64,000 nucleotides of DNA. Origin: Nitrospirota bacterium (GTDB lineage: Bacteria; Nitrospirota; UBA9217). The DNA lies in NCBI GenBank assembly GCA_963740085.1, contig CAVUCU010000003.1, positions 128,001-192,000 of the forward strand, written 5' to 3'. The translations under genes were made by a program, and so were the position numbers. Within the stretch, counting starts at the first letter, position 1. Each line of letters starts with the position of its first letter. The notes beneath the pieces were generated by a model. That model did not search any database. It saw only the letters and a program-made list of their open reading frames with translations, and had not been told where the DNA came from. Shown one piece after another: positions 33,141-44,055 of the stretch.

Positions 33141-34712
33141 TTACAGATCATTTCCCGAATACGACTGATTAAAGCTCTTGTTGCATACCGGGAAATCGGG
33201 GACGATGTTCCCGTGGATGCACTGCTCCAGTCCGAGCCAGTTCAGGCTCGAGGGGTCCCTGACCATGCAGCGATTGATCTCCCCCTTCGGCCCCGACTGG
33301 ACCCAGTAAATGATCTCCCCCCGCCATCCCTCGACTGCGGCGAATCCGGACCTGTCCGGGGCCGGTGCGTTGACGGGAACGCTGACCTTTCCGGTCGGCA
33401 GGGTCTTCAGGAGCTCGCGGATGATGCGGACCGAATCACGGACCTCTTCCACCCTGACCCATGCCCGCGAATGGACATCACCTGAAACGAGCACCGGTAT
33501 GGTCACCCTGATGCGGTCATAGGGAGAAAAGGGATTATGGATACGGCAGTCGAGGTTCAAACCGCTGGCCCGCGCCACAAAACCCGTCATGCCAAGGTCC
33601 CGCGCCTTTTCGGACGAGAGAATGCCGGTGTCCCTCACCCGGTCTTCGACCGAAGAGTTCTCATCGTAGATGATCACGAGCCGCTCGAATTCCTTTGCAA
33701 GCCAGTCCATTTCCGAAAGGATCGTCGCAACACCTCCTGCATCGATATCGACGTCTACCCCTCCGGGAACGATCTTATCCATCATGAACCGGTGTCCGAA
33801 AAGAGTCAGGTTCGTGCGAAGCAGGATCTCTTTGAGCCGATGAAATTGATACAGGAGGAACGCAAAGGCCACGTCATTGCATATGGCGCCAAGATCGCCA
33901 ATATGGTTGGCGATGCGTTCGCGTTCGAGAAACAACGCGCGAAGCCACAGCGCACGGTCCGGAGGGATACAGTCCGTCATGGCCTCCACTGCGCGGGAAT
34001 AGGTCAGGCAGTGCGCCGCGGTCGTATCTCCGGAAACCCGGCCGGCCAGGCGAAATGCCTCTTGCCATGTCAGGGACTCGAACCGCTTTTCTATCCCTTT
34101 GTGCACGTAACCGAGTCTTGCTTCAAGGTTGAGGATATCCTCACCCATGGCCTGAAAACGGAAATGGCCGGGCTCGATGATCCCCGCGTGCACCGGGCCC
34201 ACCGGTATCTCATAGACGCCCTCTCCTTCTGCGCGTATCCAGCGGTATTCGCCGTAAACCCGCGCCAGCCGCTGCGAAGCGTCAAAGGACTTTCTGAGCG
34301 GCCAGGCGTCCTCAGGCCAGTCCTCGTGCTTTATCCAGGGACGTGGGTCCGGGTGCCCGATGGGGATCACACCCATGAGACTCCTCATCTGGCGCTCGAA
34401 CCGGTACGCAGGAACGAACTTTTTCGTCAGGCTCGGGAATGTCGGGTCGTCAGCAGGCGCACTGGTTTTTATGACAAGGTATTCCGACTCCTTCCGATAG
34501 CAGGCGTATATCCCGAACCCCCTGTTGAACAGGGTCTCGTCCGATGCCCACTCGGCCGCGAGCAGGGCGTAGTCTTTCTTGAGCGCCTTTGCCGCTACGG
34601 CGAACTTTTCCCGGGGAACCATGAGAGATGTCACTGATGCGGGATGCAGAGATCCATCCTGCGTCGCGTCGGTTCCGAGGGCCGCTATGACTAACTCCTG
34701 CAATCTGCTCAT
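33141..34712 (-). CDS. hyfG: Ehr/Hyf cluster B large subunit (NuoC+NuoD/HyfG-like) without Ni-Fe cysteines
   Basis: Starts MSRLQELV (ATGA overlap). FERQM...GHPDPR, GPVHAGIIEPGHFRF, YVHKG; L1 site RVSGDT, L2 site CNKSFNQSYSGNDL. Confidence 0.88.
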   Translation of the reverse strand: MSRLQELVIAALGTDATQDGSLHPASVTSLMVPREKFAVAAKALKKDYALLAAEWASDETLFNRGFGIYACYRKESEYLVIKTSAPADDPTFPSLTKKFVPAYRFERQMRSLMGVIPIGHPDPRPWIKHEDWPEDAWPLRKSFDASQRLARVYGEYRWIRAEGEGVYEIPVGPVHAGIIEPGHFRFQAMGEDILNLEARLGYVHKGIEKRFESLTWQEAFRLAGRVSGDTTAAHCLTYSRAVEAMTDCIPPDRALWLRALFLERERIANHIGDLGAICNDVAFAFLLYQFHRLKEILLRTNLTLFGHRFMMDKIVPGGVDVDIDAGGVATILSEMDWLAKEFERLVIIYDENSSVEDRVRDTGILSSEKARDLGMTGFVARASGLNLDCRIHNPFSPYDRIRVTIPVLVSGDVHSRAWVRVEEVRDSVRIIRELLKTLPTGKVSVPVNAPAPDRSGFAAVEGWRGEIIYWVQSGPKGEINRCMVRDPSSLNWLGLEQCIHGNIVPDFPVCNKSFNQSYSGNDL

Positions 34713-36158
34713 TTCAACAACCCCACTGCCGTAGTGAACCAGCCGGCAAGAAATTTCGGTATGTACAGGCCGAGAACAAGGACCACCAGCATGTGCAGGA
34801 TCACCGGGATATGCGCCGCCTTGATCATATGCTGATAGGCGGGCATCTCTCCCGCGACCATGGGCTGGACCTTTCGGAAAAGGGCCGCAAAGGACACCCC
34901 AAGCCCCAGAAGGAGGAACGGGCGCAAACAACGGCGCATCCTTGATCGTTGCCGTAAGGATCAGGAACTCGCTCGTAAACACCCCGAAGGGCGGCATGCC
35001 GACTATTGCCATCACCCCGATCGCCATCCCCCACCCCACGAGAGGATTGCCCCTGATGAGGCCTTTGATCGAGTCCATGTCCTGCGTTCTGTGCATTTGA
35101 GACGCATGTCCCACCGTGAAGAAGATGGAAGACTTTGTCAGACTGTGGACCAGCATGTGAAGCAAGGCCCCGAAGGTCGCTACCGGCCCGCCCAGACCGA
35201 AGGCGAACGTGGCGATGCCCATATGCTCAATGGAAGAATAGGCAAACAACCGCTTGATGTCCTTTTGACGAAGAAGGGAAAAAGATGCAACGATGATCGA
35301 GAGGATGCCGAAGCCCATCATGATGTCCCCTGAATGGTGGGTGCCCGTGGACCCGTCCACGAGGACCTTGCACCGGACCAGCGCGTACAGCGCGATATTC
35401 AGCAGGAGCCCCGAGAGCACCGCCGAGATGGGTGTGGGCCCTTCGCTGTGGGCATCGGGAAGCCAGTTATGGATCGGCACAAGCCCCACCTTGGTGCCGT
35501 ACCCGACCATCAGGAACACAAAGGCCAGGGACAAAATCGTCGGCTCGAGCTGATCGCTCACCTTGCTCAGGTTCGTCCAGTGGAGGGCCGCGCCGCCGGC
35601 GCCGAGCACCTTTTCCGCGGCAAAGTACAAGAGCACGGTCCCGAACAGTGCAAGGGCGATTCCCACGCCGCAGAGGATAAAATATTTCCAGGCAGCCTCG
35701 ATTGCCGCGGGTGTACGGTAGAGAGACACGAGCAGGACCGTGGAGAGCGTGGCCAGTTCCATGGCGATCCAGAGGATGCCGACGTTGTTCGTCAGGAGGC
35801 ACAGCAGCATGGCAAAGATAAAGAGCTGGAACATGGCGTGATAGAAGCGAATCCGCTTGGAACCGATCGTGCCGTGTTCCCGTTCGCGGCGCATGTACCT
35901 TCTGCTGAAAATAGCGGTGGTCATGGAGACGAACGCGGTGAGCACGGTGAGGTAGACACTGAAGGCGTCAACGAAGAAGAAGTTGTCGCCGGCCAGTATC
36001 GGCCCCTGCTCGTAGACCTCGAGCGCCAGTACGAGGCTCGTCACGAACGTGGCGGCAGAGCCGAGGATGTTTATCTCGGGCGCGAACTTCCGGTCGCCGA
36101 TAAAGGCGAGCGCCAGGGCCGCGAACAGCGGAACGACCAAGAGGATGAGAAGGGTCAT
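34709..36158 (-). CDS. hyfF: Ehr/Hyf cluster B antiporter-like subunit (HyfF); +1 frameshift near 34921
   Basis: EAAWKY, GTKVGL, HNWLPDAH, KRLFAYSSIEH. The true hydrophobic C-terminus is ORF 34709..34939; one extra C creates the apparent 1005-aa fusion. Confidence 0.85.
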
Positions 36159-36277
36159 TTACACCTCAATATGGGTCAATAAAGTCTATAGAGTTGATAG
36201 AGTTTGTAGAGTCTGTCGAGCCATAAATAATTTTAACTCGATGAACTCCCTGCACTCTACGAACTCTATAATCTCTT

Positions 36278-36943
36278 TCAATCTTCTTCCTTCAACCTCG
36301 CCATCTGGTCCACATCCAGGCTGTCAAAGGTGGTGCTGATGTGAAAAAAGAACATCCCGAAGATGAACGCCGCGATCAACAGGTCCAGGGCCACTCCCAG
36401 CTCGACCACCAGGGGCATGCCGTAGGTTGCGCTCGTTGCGGCGAACAGGAGCCCGTTCTCCATGGCAAGGAACCCGATGATCTGGGTGACCGCGTGCTTG
36501 CGCGTGATCATCATCAGGAACCCGAGCATGACCGTGGCGAGGGCCACCGCGAGCGTGGACCGGGTCACGAGGGTCGAAAGTTCCCTGATGGGGGCCGTAA
36601 GATGGTACGAAAATATCACGAGGATGATCCCCATCAGCATCGTGGTAGGGATGTTCACAATTGTCTCCACTTCCTTATGTATCTTGAGCTTCACGATCAA
36701 CCTATGTAAAATATAAGGCAGCAGTACTACCTTCATGGAAAGCGTCAGCACTGACGAGATGTACAGGTCATGCACTCCTCCCACATACCCCACCGTGGCG
36801 GTGCTCACGGCAAGCAGAAAACCCTGAAGCGCAAACAAGTGCAAAAGGGCGTTCATCCTGCGCTGTACCAGGAGGCCGAAGGCCGTCAGGAGGATCAGGG
36901 CCGCCAGAAGACTGTTGATCTGCGCTGCAAGCTGCATGTTCAT
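36278..36943 (-). CDS. hyfE: Ehr/Hyf cluster B membrane subunit HyfE-like
   Basis: QIIGFLAMENG, GMPLVVELGVALD. Confidence 0.9.
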   Translation of the reverse strand: MNMQLAAQINSLLAALILLTAFGLLVQRRMNALLHLFALQGFLLAVSTATVGYVGGVHDLYISSVLTLSMKVVLLPYILHRLIVKLKIHKEVETIVNIPTTMLMGIILVIFSYHLTAPIRELSTLVTRSTLAVALATVMLGFLMMITRKHAVTQIIGFLAMENGLLFAATSATYGMPLVVELGVALDLLIAAFIFGMFFFHISTTFDSLDVDQMARLKEED

Positions 36944-37106
36944 ATCGTTCCTCACACAGACAAATGCTCTTTACCGCCAAGGCGCAAAGGACGCAAAGGA
37001 AACCTTGAAATTTGACCTCAACCCTTCGCGCTCTTCGCGCCTTCGCGGTTCAAAGCCTTTGATTTGGCTTTCTTCATGTCTCCGCGACTCCGTGGAAAAA
37101 AACAAA

Positions 37107-38051
37107 CTACTCCAGCATGAAATACGAAAGCATCCCGAGCGTGGCGAATAGGAACGCGCTCCCCAGGAATTCGGTAATGCGGAAGATCCTCATCTTCGCC
37201 ATGCCGGTTTCGATCAGCACCAGGGCCGCCCCCACGAACCCGAGTTTGAGCATCAGGATGGGAAACGCGGAGACGACCGATGCCAGGTCATCATTCAAGG
37301 CAATGCCCAGCGGGAAAAAGGACGCGATCCCCAGGACAACAAAGAGAAAGAGTTTCATCATGCTCGACCATTCGATGAGCGCCAGATGTCTGCCGGAATA
37401 CTCCAGGATCATGGCCTCGTGGATCATGGTGAGTTCGAGATGCGTGGCGGGATTGTCCACCGGCACCCTCCCCGTCTCGGCCAGCGCGATGAAGATGAAT
37501 GCCAAGAGGGCGAACACGAGTGACGGCCTCAGCAGGGAATGTCCCTGCGAAATGACCAGCACGATCTGGGACAACGATGTGGATTTGCCGACCAGCGAGA
37601 CGGCAAAAACAGCCATGAGCATGGCGGGCTCTGCCAGAGAGGCGATGGTCATCTCCCGGCTCGAACCCATGCCGCCGAAGGCGGTGCCTATGTCCATGCC
37701 CGCCAGCGCGAGAAAGAACCGTGCTATCGCAAAGAGCGCCACGAGGGCGATCACGTCCGCGGTAGCTGAAAAAAGCAGATCCGTTGACAGCATGGGGATG
37801 ATGCCGCCCGCCATGACCGAGACGCCGAATACCAGATACGGCGTAAAGCGGAATATCCACGAGGCATTCTCCGCCAGGACAACGTCCTTTGACAGAAGTT
37901 TCCTGATGTCCCGGTAAGGCTGGAGCAGGCTCGGGGCCGTGCGACCCTGGAGCCAGCACTTCACCATCTTCACCCAGCCCGTGAACAGGGGCGCCATGGC
38001 CAGCAGAAGAATAATCTGCGCTATCTCCAGAATAAACGCGTTGATCAGCAA
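37107..38051 (-). CDS. hyfC: Ehr/Hyf cluster B NuoH/HyfC-like subunit
   Basis: QGRTAPSLLQPYRD, FGGMGSSRE, ETGRVPVD..HLELTMIHE, EYSG. Confidence 0.9.
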   Translation of the reverse strand: MLINAFILEIAQIILLLAMAPLFTGWVKMVKCWLQGRTAPSLLQPYRDIRKLLSKDVVLAENASWIFRFTPYLVFGVSVMAGGIIPMLSTDLLFSATADVIALVALFAIARFFLALAGMDIGTAFGGMGSSREMTIASLAEPAMLMAVFAVSLVGKSTSLSQIVLVISQGHSLLRPSLVFALLAFIFIALAETGRVPVDNPATHLELTMIHEAMILEYSGRHLALIEWSSMMKLFLFVVLGIASFFPLGIALNDDLASVVSAFPILMLKLGFVGAALVLIETGMAKMRIFRITEFLGSAFLFATLGMLSYFMLE

Positions 38052-38138
38052 TGGAAAGCTCCTAACCCCGAGAAGCCGACGTCCTCACGCCGCAGTCTCG
38101 GGAAATCCTCTGCAAGATAATAAACATGCATTGACGGC

Positions 38139-40184
38139 TCACCTCAGAAATATCAGCAGTACGACGATCGTCACGAACGAATAAATGAGATAGACCTGGA
38201 TATGGCCATGCTGCATCCTTCCGATCCGTCTCGAAATCCAAAAGCTTGCGACAACGACAGGCTGGTACAACCAGACCCAGAAGCGGTCCCTCACCTTGAG
38301 ATGGTAATGCAGCCGCTCGGGGAAGGCCGGATGGGTCGCCGGCGGGAGCTGACGCACGCGCTCCTTGATGTTGAAGAGATACCCGAAGATCCTCCGAAGA
38401 GGCATGGCAAACGAGGTGGCCGTGTACTGCATCCGGTTGGTGACCTTTTCGAATCCGCAGTCCCAAAGCGGCATGCGGCGAATGGTTCCGGGGCGTGTAT
38501 GGAGCAACAGATAGGTCGCCACCACGACCGACAGGATGCCCAGGAAAGCGATGGGCGCCGAATAGGAGGCGCGCGCAGCGGCAATCGGCGTGAGCCACAT
38601 CCAGCCGAAACCCGATGCTGACGCGGCGATCGTGCCGCCCACCAGCTCCTCGGCAATAGGGTCCATCCACCTGATCATGAATGTGGGCAGGATACCGAGG
38701 CCAAGACAGGTGAGAGCCCCAAGCAGCATGCCGATGCGCATGGACCAGTCCACTTCATGGACACGGACAGGATGATGTCCACGCTGGTGTCCCAGAAAGG
38801 TTACGCCGAATGCCTTTACGAAACAGGCTGCCGCCAGCGCGCTCGTCAGTGCCAGGAGCGCGGCCCCCAGCGGGATAAGCAGGTTCAGGAGCGGACTGGG
38901 AAGCGCGGGTGACAGCAGGAACGCCTGATAGGTCAGCCATTCCGATACGAACCCGTTAAATGGCGGCAGTGCCGATATCGAAATGCACCCGATCAGAAAG
39001 AAAACAGCGGTCCAGGGCATGAAGCGAATGAGGCCGCCCATCTCCTCCATATTCCGCTCATGCGTGGCATGAAGCACGGCGCCCGCTCCCATGAAGAGCA
39101 GCCCTTTGAACATGGCATGGTTAACGGTGTGATAGAGACCGGCGATGAGCGCGAGGGCGGCCAGCAGGGACATGTCGAAGGAGGTGAAGATCATCGCAAG
39201 CCCGATGCCGATGAGGATGATGCCGATGTTCTCCACGGAATGATATGCAAGGAGCCTCTTCAGATCATGCTGCATCAGCGCATACAGAACACCCATGACC
39301 GCGGACACCAGCCCGAACACCAGAACGAGGGCGCCCCACCACCAGGGGAAAACGCCGATCAGGTCGAAGACGACGCGCACGATGCCGTAGATGGCCGTCT
39401 TAAGCATTACGCCGCTCATAAGAGCGGAGACGTTCGAAGGCGCGACCGGATGGGCCTCGGGCAGCCAGACATGAAGCGGTATCACACCGGCCTTGGCGGA
39501 GAACCCGAAGAAGGCGAGCAGAAACGCGATTGAAGCCCAGCCAGCGGGGAGGTCTGCTTCACGCATGGCGTCGAATGTGTAACCTTCAAATCCCTTGAAC
39601 CCGGTTGCCAGGCCGGCCATGATCCCGAAGGAGAGGAGGATCGCGATCGCCCCCACGTGCGCGACGACCAGATAGAGGAAGGCGGCCCTTCTGTTCTCAA
39701 TTCGCTCATCTTCAAAAAGCACCAGGAAGTACGAGGCAGCCGCCATCATCTCCCAGGCGATCAGGAAGAAGAACGCATCGTCGGCCAGGACCACGAGGAA
39801 CATCCCCGCGAGAAAGAGCGAATAAAATACGACAAGACTGGTCACCGACCGGTGCCCCAGGTAACCCTTGACATATCCGAGAGAGTAGATGGATACAAAA
39901 AAAGCGAGCAGTCCGACGATCACGAGAAAGAAACCGGACAAGAGATCGAGCCGAAGATGAAACGGCAGGTCGGGCAGGCCCAGAGGCACGATGACCTGGT
40001 AAGGAGTGCCGCTCGATACCGCCCAGATACCGGCGACCGTCGCCAGCAGGGAAGCGATCGTGGTGAAGGAAAAACCGAGTGTGATGAGAAGTCTCTGGTT
40101 CCGACGGAGAAACGGCGTCAGCGCAAGCGAAAACAGAAGCACCGCAAACGATGAGGATATCAAGCTGATGGGTGAAAGATCCAC
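38139..40184 (-). CDS. hyfB: Ehr/Hyf cluster B large antiporter-like subunit HyfB
   Basis: WEMM, KAGVIPLHVWLPEAHPVAPS, KRLLAYHSVEN, WDCG, RMQYT. Confidence 0.9.
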   Translation of the reverse strand: MDLSPISLISSSFAVLLFSLALTPFLRRNQRLLITLGFSFTTIASLLATVAGIWAVSSGTPYQVIVPLGLPDLPFHLRLDLLSGFFLVIVGLLAFFVSIYSLGYVKGYLGHRSVTSLVVFYSLFLAGMFLVVLADDAFFFLIAWEMMAAASYFLVLFEDERIENRRAAFLYLVVAHVGAIAILLSFGIMAGLATGFKGFEGYTFDAMREADLPAGWASIAFLLAFFGFSAKAGVIPLHVWLPEAHPVAPSNVSALMSGVMLKTAIYGIVRVVFDLIGVFPWWWGALVLVFGLVSAVMGVLYALMQHDLKRLLAYHSVENIGIILIGIGLAMIFTSFDMSLLAALALIAGLYHTVNHAMFKGLLFMGAGAVLHATHERNMEEMGGLIRFMPWTAVFFLIGCISISALPPFNGFVSEWLTYQAFLLSPALPSPLLNLLIPLGAALLALTSALAAACFVKAFGVTFLGHQRGHHPVRVHEVDWSMRIGMLLGALTCLGLGILPTFMIRWMDPIAEELVGGTIAASASGFGWMWLTPIAAARASYSAPIAFLGILSVVVATYLLLHTRPGTIRRMPLWDCGFEKVTNRMQYTATSFAMPLRRIFGYLFNIKERVRQLPPATHPAFPERLHYHLKVRDRFWVWLYQPVVVASFWISRRIGRMQHGHIQVYLIYSFVTIVVLLIFLR

Positions 40185-40238
40185 GTCCCTGCCTCCACAA
40201 CTATCCGTGCATCTGTGAGCGAAAGCCGATCTAAATTT

Positions 40239-40768
40239 TCAGGTTCTTTTCGTGCAGGAATCTATCAGCTGGGAAAGCCCCAGCAGGATGGCCGTGGGAG
40301 TCGGCGGACACCCGGGGATATAACTGTCAACAGGGATTACGTTCGCCGCGCCGTTCGTAACGGCGTAACTTCCCTTATATATTCCTCCGTCCTTTGCGCA
40401 GTCGCCGCAGGCGACCACCAGCCTTGGCTCCGGCGTCGCGATATACGTTCTTTTGAGCGCCAGTTCCATCTGTCGCGACACCGGACCGGTCACGAACAAC
40501 ACATCGGCATGTCGCGGTGATGCGACAAAATCGATGCCGAACCGCTGAATATCGTAGACGGGATTAGTGAGCGCCGTGCATTCCCATTCACAAGCGTTGC
40601 AGGAACCTGCATCTATGTGCCTGATCCGGAGCGACCTGTTAAAGATTTTATCAATGTTTTTCTGAAAGTCAACAATCTTCGCCGCCTGCTCGGGAGTAAC
40701 AGTGAATCCCTCGGGAAACGGGATGACTTTCTTTTCTTGATTATATTTTTAATGATCTCTTTAAACAT
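40239..40768 (-). CDS. hyfI: Ehr/Hyf cluster A small subunit (NuoB/HyfI-like); frameshift in A-tract near 40735
   Basis: The frame of ORF 40239..40502 continues upstream as SLRIRHIDAGSCNACEWEC...SPRHAD. ATG 40768 (MFKEIIKNI) is out of frame by one base. Confidence 0.85.
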
Positions 40769-40787
40769 AATTTACACCCTGCGTTAT

Positions 40788-40809
40788 GCAGACTGAAGCC
40801 TGCGGCTAC
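40788..40809 (-). repeat. GTAG-type REP-like palindrome
   Basis: Minus strand GTAGCC-GCAGGCT-TC-AGTCTGC. Confidence 0.55.
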
Positions 40810-40890
40810 CCGCGAGTCATTTATCTTTTCCTGACCTCTGATTTCCCGACTCCGAACTTCGAACTCCTAACTCCGAACTTCTCCCATCTC

Positions 40891-42459
40891 TCACATGTCC
40901 GTCCCTGAATACGACAAATTAAAGCTCTTGTTGCAGAGCGGGAAATCGGGCACGATGTTCCCATGCACCGCAAAAGGCACCGCGGGCCAGTTGCAGTACG
41001 ACGGCGAACGGAGCTTCACCCGGAGCGGTTTCCCGTCCTTATCCGCCATGACCCAGTAGAAGAGCGATCCGCGCGGCGATTCGACATATCCCAGCGAAGA
41101 GGCATACGGTGCAGCCTGTTTCGCCGGAACGGCCAGACCACCTTTATAACCGCTTTCGATGAGCTCGTGGATCATGGATATGGAACATTCTATTTCTTCA
41201 GACCTGATCATCATGCGTGCAAACACGTCTCCCTTTTCCAGGGTATGCGATTCAAAGATCAGGCGGTCGTAGAGCAGATGGGGATGGGCCTTTCTCATAT
41301 CGTCGGTCAGGCCCGATGCACGGGCGGCCACGCCCGTGACGCCGAACTTCCGCGCGAGGTCCTTCGACAGCCGTCCGGTGTTCTGCATCCGCTCGATGTG
41401 CGATACCGAGCCCAGCAGCAATTTCATCAGCTCTTTGTATTCCCGGGTGACGATATCGAGGGTCTTGAGAACATCATCGGCCAGGGCAAAGACATCTTTT
41501 GTGACGCCGCCGATCACGTTCACGCCGCGCAGATACCTGCTGCCCGTGAGCCGTTCATTGAGCTGCATGAGCCGTTCCTTGATGACCGCGCCGTTCATAT
41601 ACCCGAGCGCGAATGCCGTTCCGGCGCACATGTTCCCGATATCGCCGATATGGTTGTAGAGCCGTTCGAGCTCGAGAACAAGGGTCCTGACCGCAGCCGC
41701 CTTTTCAGTGATCCCGACGCCCGTCATTCGTTCAACAGCCATGCAGTACGCCGTCCCGTGCGCAAAGGACGAGGTGCCCGACACGCGTTCAGCGAGCTTC
41801 ACTCCTTCGACAAACCCGAGTTTTTCGAAATGCTTCTCTGTGCCCTTGTGCGTGTAGGACAATCTCGGTTCGAGGAAGAAGATCGTCTCTCCCACGGCAC
41901 TGAACCTGAAGTGCCCGGGTTCAATGATGCCCGCATGCACCGGCCCGACGGGGATCTCGACGATGCCCTCGCCGGCAACTTCCATGAACGGATGAGGGAC
42001 CTTTTGCAGTGTCCCCTCACCCCACTCTTTGAGATCTGATCCGGAAAGAGACCAGTCCTTGCGAAGCGGATGAGAATCCGCGGGGAACGCCTCATGAAAA
42101 ACAAGTCTGCGCTGGTCCGGATGCCCTTGCGGGTTGAGGCCGAACATATCCATGATCTCGCGCTCGTACCAGTGGGCGGCGGGGATATGCGGCGTCAGCG
42201 ACGGGAACCGGGGATCGGATTCCTTCACCGGCAGGACAATGAGGAAGAACCGGTCTACACCGGGCACGGTGAATACGGTATGGACCCTGAACACCCCGTC
42301 CCGCTCACGCTCGTCCGTCGCGAACATCAGGCGCAGCAGGGCGTGCTTCTCCGCGGACAGATAAAGGCAGACGTCCCTGAAATCGTCGCGCTTGACCTCG
42401 ATTGAGGACTCGTTCAAATAGTCTACGGTCCTGACCGCCTTATGAAACACCTTGTCCAT
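40891..42459 (-). CDS. hyfG: Ehr/Hyf cluster A large subunit (NuoC+NuoD/HyfG-like) without Ni-Fe cysteines
   Basis: WYEREIMDMFG, GHPDQRR, GPVHAGIIEPGHFRF, YTHKG; L1 site RVSGTS, L2 site CNKSFNLSYSGTDM. Confidence 0.9.
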   Translation of the reverse strand: MDKVFHKAVRTVDYLNESSIEVKRDDFRDVCLYLSAEKHALLRLMFATDERERDGVFRVHTVFTVPGVDRFFLIVLPVKESDPRFPSLTPHIPAAHWYEREIMDMFGLNPQGHPDQRRLVFHEAFPADSHPLRKDWSLSGSDLKEWGEGTLQKVPHPFMEVAGEGIVEIPVGPVHAGIIEPGHFRFSAVGETIFFLEPRLSYTHKGTEKHFEKLGFVEGVKLAERVSGTSSFAHGTAYCMAVERMTGVGITEKAAAVRTLVLELERLYNHIGDIGNMCAGTAFALGYMNGAVIKERLMQLNERLTGSRYLRGVNVIGGVTKDVFALADDVLKTLDIVTREYKELMKLLLGSVSHIERMQNTGRLSKDLARKFGVTGVAARASGLTDDMRKAHPHLLYDRLIFESHTLEKGDVFARMMIRSEEIECSISMIHELIESGYKGGLAVPAKQAAPYASSLGYVESPRGSLFYWVMADKDGKPLRVKLRSPSYCNWPAVPFAVHGNIVPDFPLCNKSFNLSYSGTDM

Positions 42460-43949
42460 CAATTCACTCCAAAGATCTGTACGCAGGACCTGATGGTATC
42501 GTCGATGAACCGGGGGACCCTGACGCCCATCACCACGATCGCAACTGCCATCACGATCATGACGATCGTGCCGAGCATATTCCCCGGGTTAAATCCTGCA
42601 GCGGGGTGATGGCCGGGATCAAGAGAACCGGATTCCCCGGGTTTCCCGAACAGCATCTTTCCGAAGCCGGAAAGCACCCCGTAAAACACGATGGCGACGA
42701 AGAACAGGAAAAAGGCAACCACGAACCACAGGCCCCTGTCCACGCCGGCCTTCAGGACAGTGAACTCGCTCACAAATATATTGAACGGCGGTGTGCCGGA
42801 GAGCGACAACATGCCGATGAATGTCAGCGTTCCCAGGAGCGGCATGGACGTGAGCACTCCGCTCACGTTGGCGATGTTCGTAGATCCGAAACGTGACTGG
42901 ATCTTTCCCGAGGCGAAGAACATGAGCGGTTTTGCGAGGGCATGGTTCAGGACATGCAGGAGCGCGCCGTAGATACCGACCGGCCCGCCGATGCCGATAC
43001 CGAGCGAAATGATGCCCATGTGCTCGATACTGCTGTAGGCAAGGAGCCGTTTGTAATTGTCCTGTACCAGGATGAAGATCGCTGAGATGCCCAGGGAGAT
43101 AAGGCCGAAGATGATCAGGAGGTTGCCGGTAAAGGCGCCGCCCGTCGACGGTTCGACGATCATGACAAAGCGCATGATCCCGTAGAACGCCGTATTGAGC
43201 AGTATCCCCGAAAGCAGGGCGCTGATCGGGCTCGGCGCCTGGCTATGGGCGTCGGGCAGCCAGTTGTGCACCGGTGCAAGGCCGGCCTTGGTGCCGTAAC
43301 CGACAAGCACGAAGATAAAGGCGAGTTTCATGGTCTCGGGATTAAGCTTGCTTGCAACACCGCGAAGCACGGTCCAGTTGAGCGCGCCCTCGGTCCCCAT
43401 GACGGACGTGGAGGCATAGTAGGTAATGAACGTGCCGAGCAGGGCAAAGGTGATGCCGACCGTGCACAGGATGATGTACTTCCACGCGGCCTCGACCGCC
43501 AGCGGCCGCTTGTGGAACCCGAGGCCGATGAGAAGAGCGGACACGATGGTCGTTGCCTCGATCCCGATCCACATGACGGCAAGGTTGTTCGCCATGCACA
43601 CAAGCAGCATCGTGAAGACAAAGAGATGGAACAGACCGTAGTAGGTCCTCACTCCGCGGAGATTCATCAGCCCCGTTTCGTACTCATGTTCAAGATAGCT
43701 GATGGAGTAGATGGCAGAGGCAAGGCTCAGGAATATCACCAGCGCCATGATATACCCCGAAAGGGCGTCCATGGAGAACATGCCGCTCAGATCCGAAACC
43801 GATGCAGTGAGGGACGCGGCAATAAAAGAAAATGCGTACCAGGCGAGCGCAACCGCGCCTGCAAGGCTCAGGTAGCCTACGACGCGCGGATTTCGCACGT
43901 TATAGCAGATGATCGCGGTAATAATCGGTATGACGAGTATCCCTATCAC
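42459..43949 (-). CDS. hyfF: Ehr/Hyf cluster A antiporter-like subunit HyfF
   Basis: EAAWKY, GTKAGLAPVHNWLPDAH, KRLLAYSSIEH. Confidence 0.9.
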   Translation of the reverse strand: MIGILVIPIITAIICYNVRNPRVVGYLSLAGAVALAWYAFSFIAASLTASVSDLSGMFSMDALSGYIMALVIFLSLASAIYSISYLEHEYETGLMNLRGVRTYYGLFHLFVFTMLLVCMANNLAVMWIGIEATTIVSALLIGLGFHKRPLAVEAAWKYIILCTVGITFALLGTFITYYASTSVMGTEGALNWTVLRGVASKLNPETMKLAFIFVLVGYGTKAGLAPVHNWLPDAHSQAPSPISALLSGILLNTAFYGIMRFVMIVEPSTGGAFTGNLLIIFGLISLGISAIFILVQDNYKRLLAYSSIEHMGIISLGIGIGGPVGIYGALLHVLNHALAKPLMFFASGKIQSRFGSTNIANVSGVLTSMPLLGTLTFIGMLSLSGTPPFNIFVSEFTVLKAGVDRGLWFVVAFFLFFVAIVFYGVLSGFGKMLFGKPGESGSLDPGHHPAAGFNPGNMLGTIVMIVMAVAIVVMGVRVPRFIDDTIRSCVQIFGVN

Positions 43950-44055
43950 TTGTCGCTTCGCTCCGTTGAAAATTGGATATTTAAAATTTGAGATTTCAAA
44001 TTGCTTTGCTTAATTTCAAATCTCGAATCTGCAATTCGGCGCGCCTTCCGCGCCG
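43950..44055. repeat. Intergenic 7-mer inverted-repeat element with GC-rich termini
   Basis: AAATTGG/AAATTTG/AGATTTC units facing AAATCTC/GAATCTG/CAATTC. Related pieces at 44716-44790 and 45810-45867. Confidence 0.7.

Noticed and set aside
33141-36158. 1005-aa apparent HyfF-HyfG fusion protein
   Set aside because: One extra C near 34921 shifts HyfF into the HyfG frame. The genuine hydrophobic HyfF C-terminus is in ORF 34709..34939 and ends in an ATGA overlap, and cluster A has the two genes separate.
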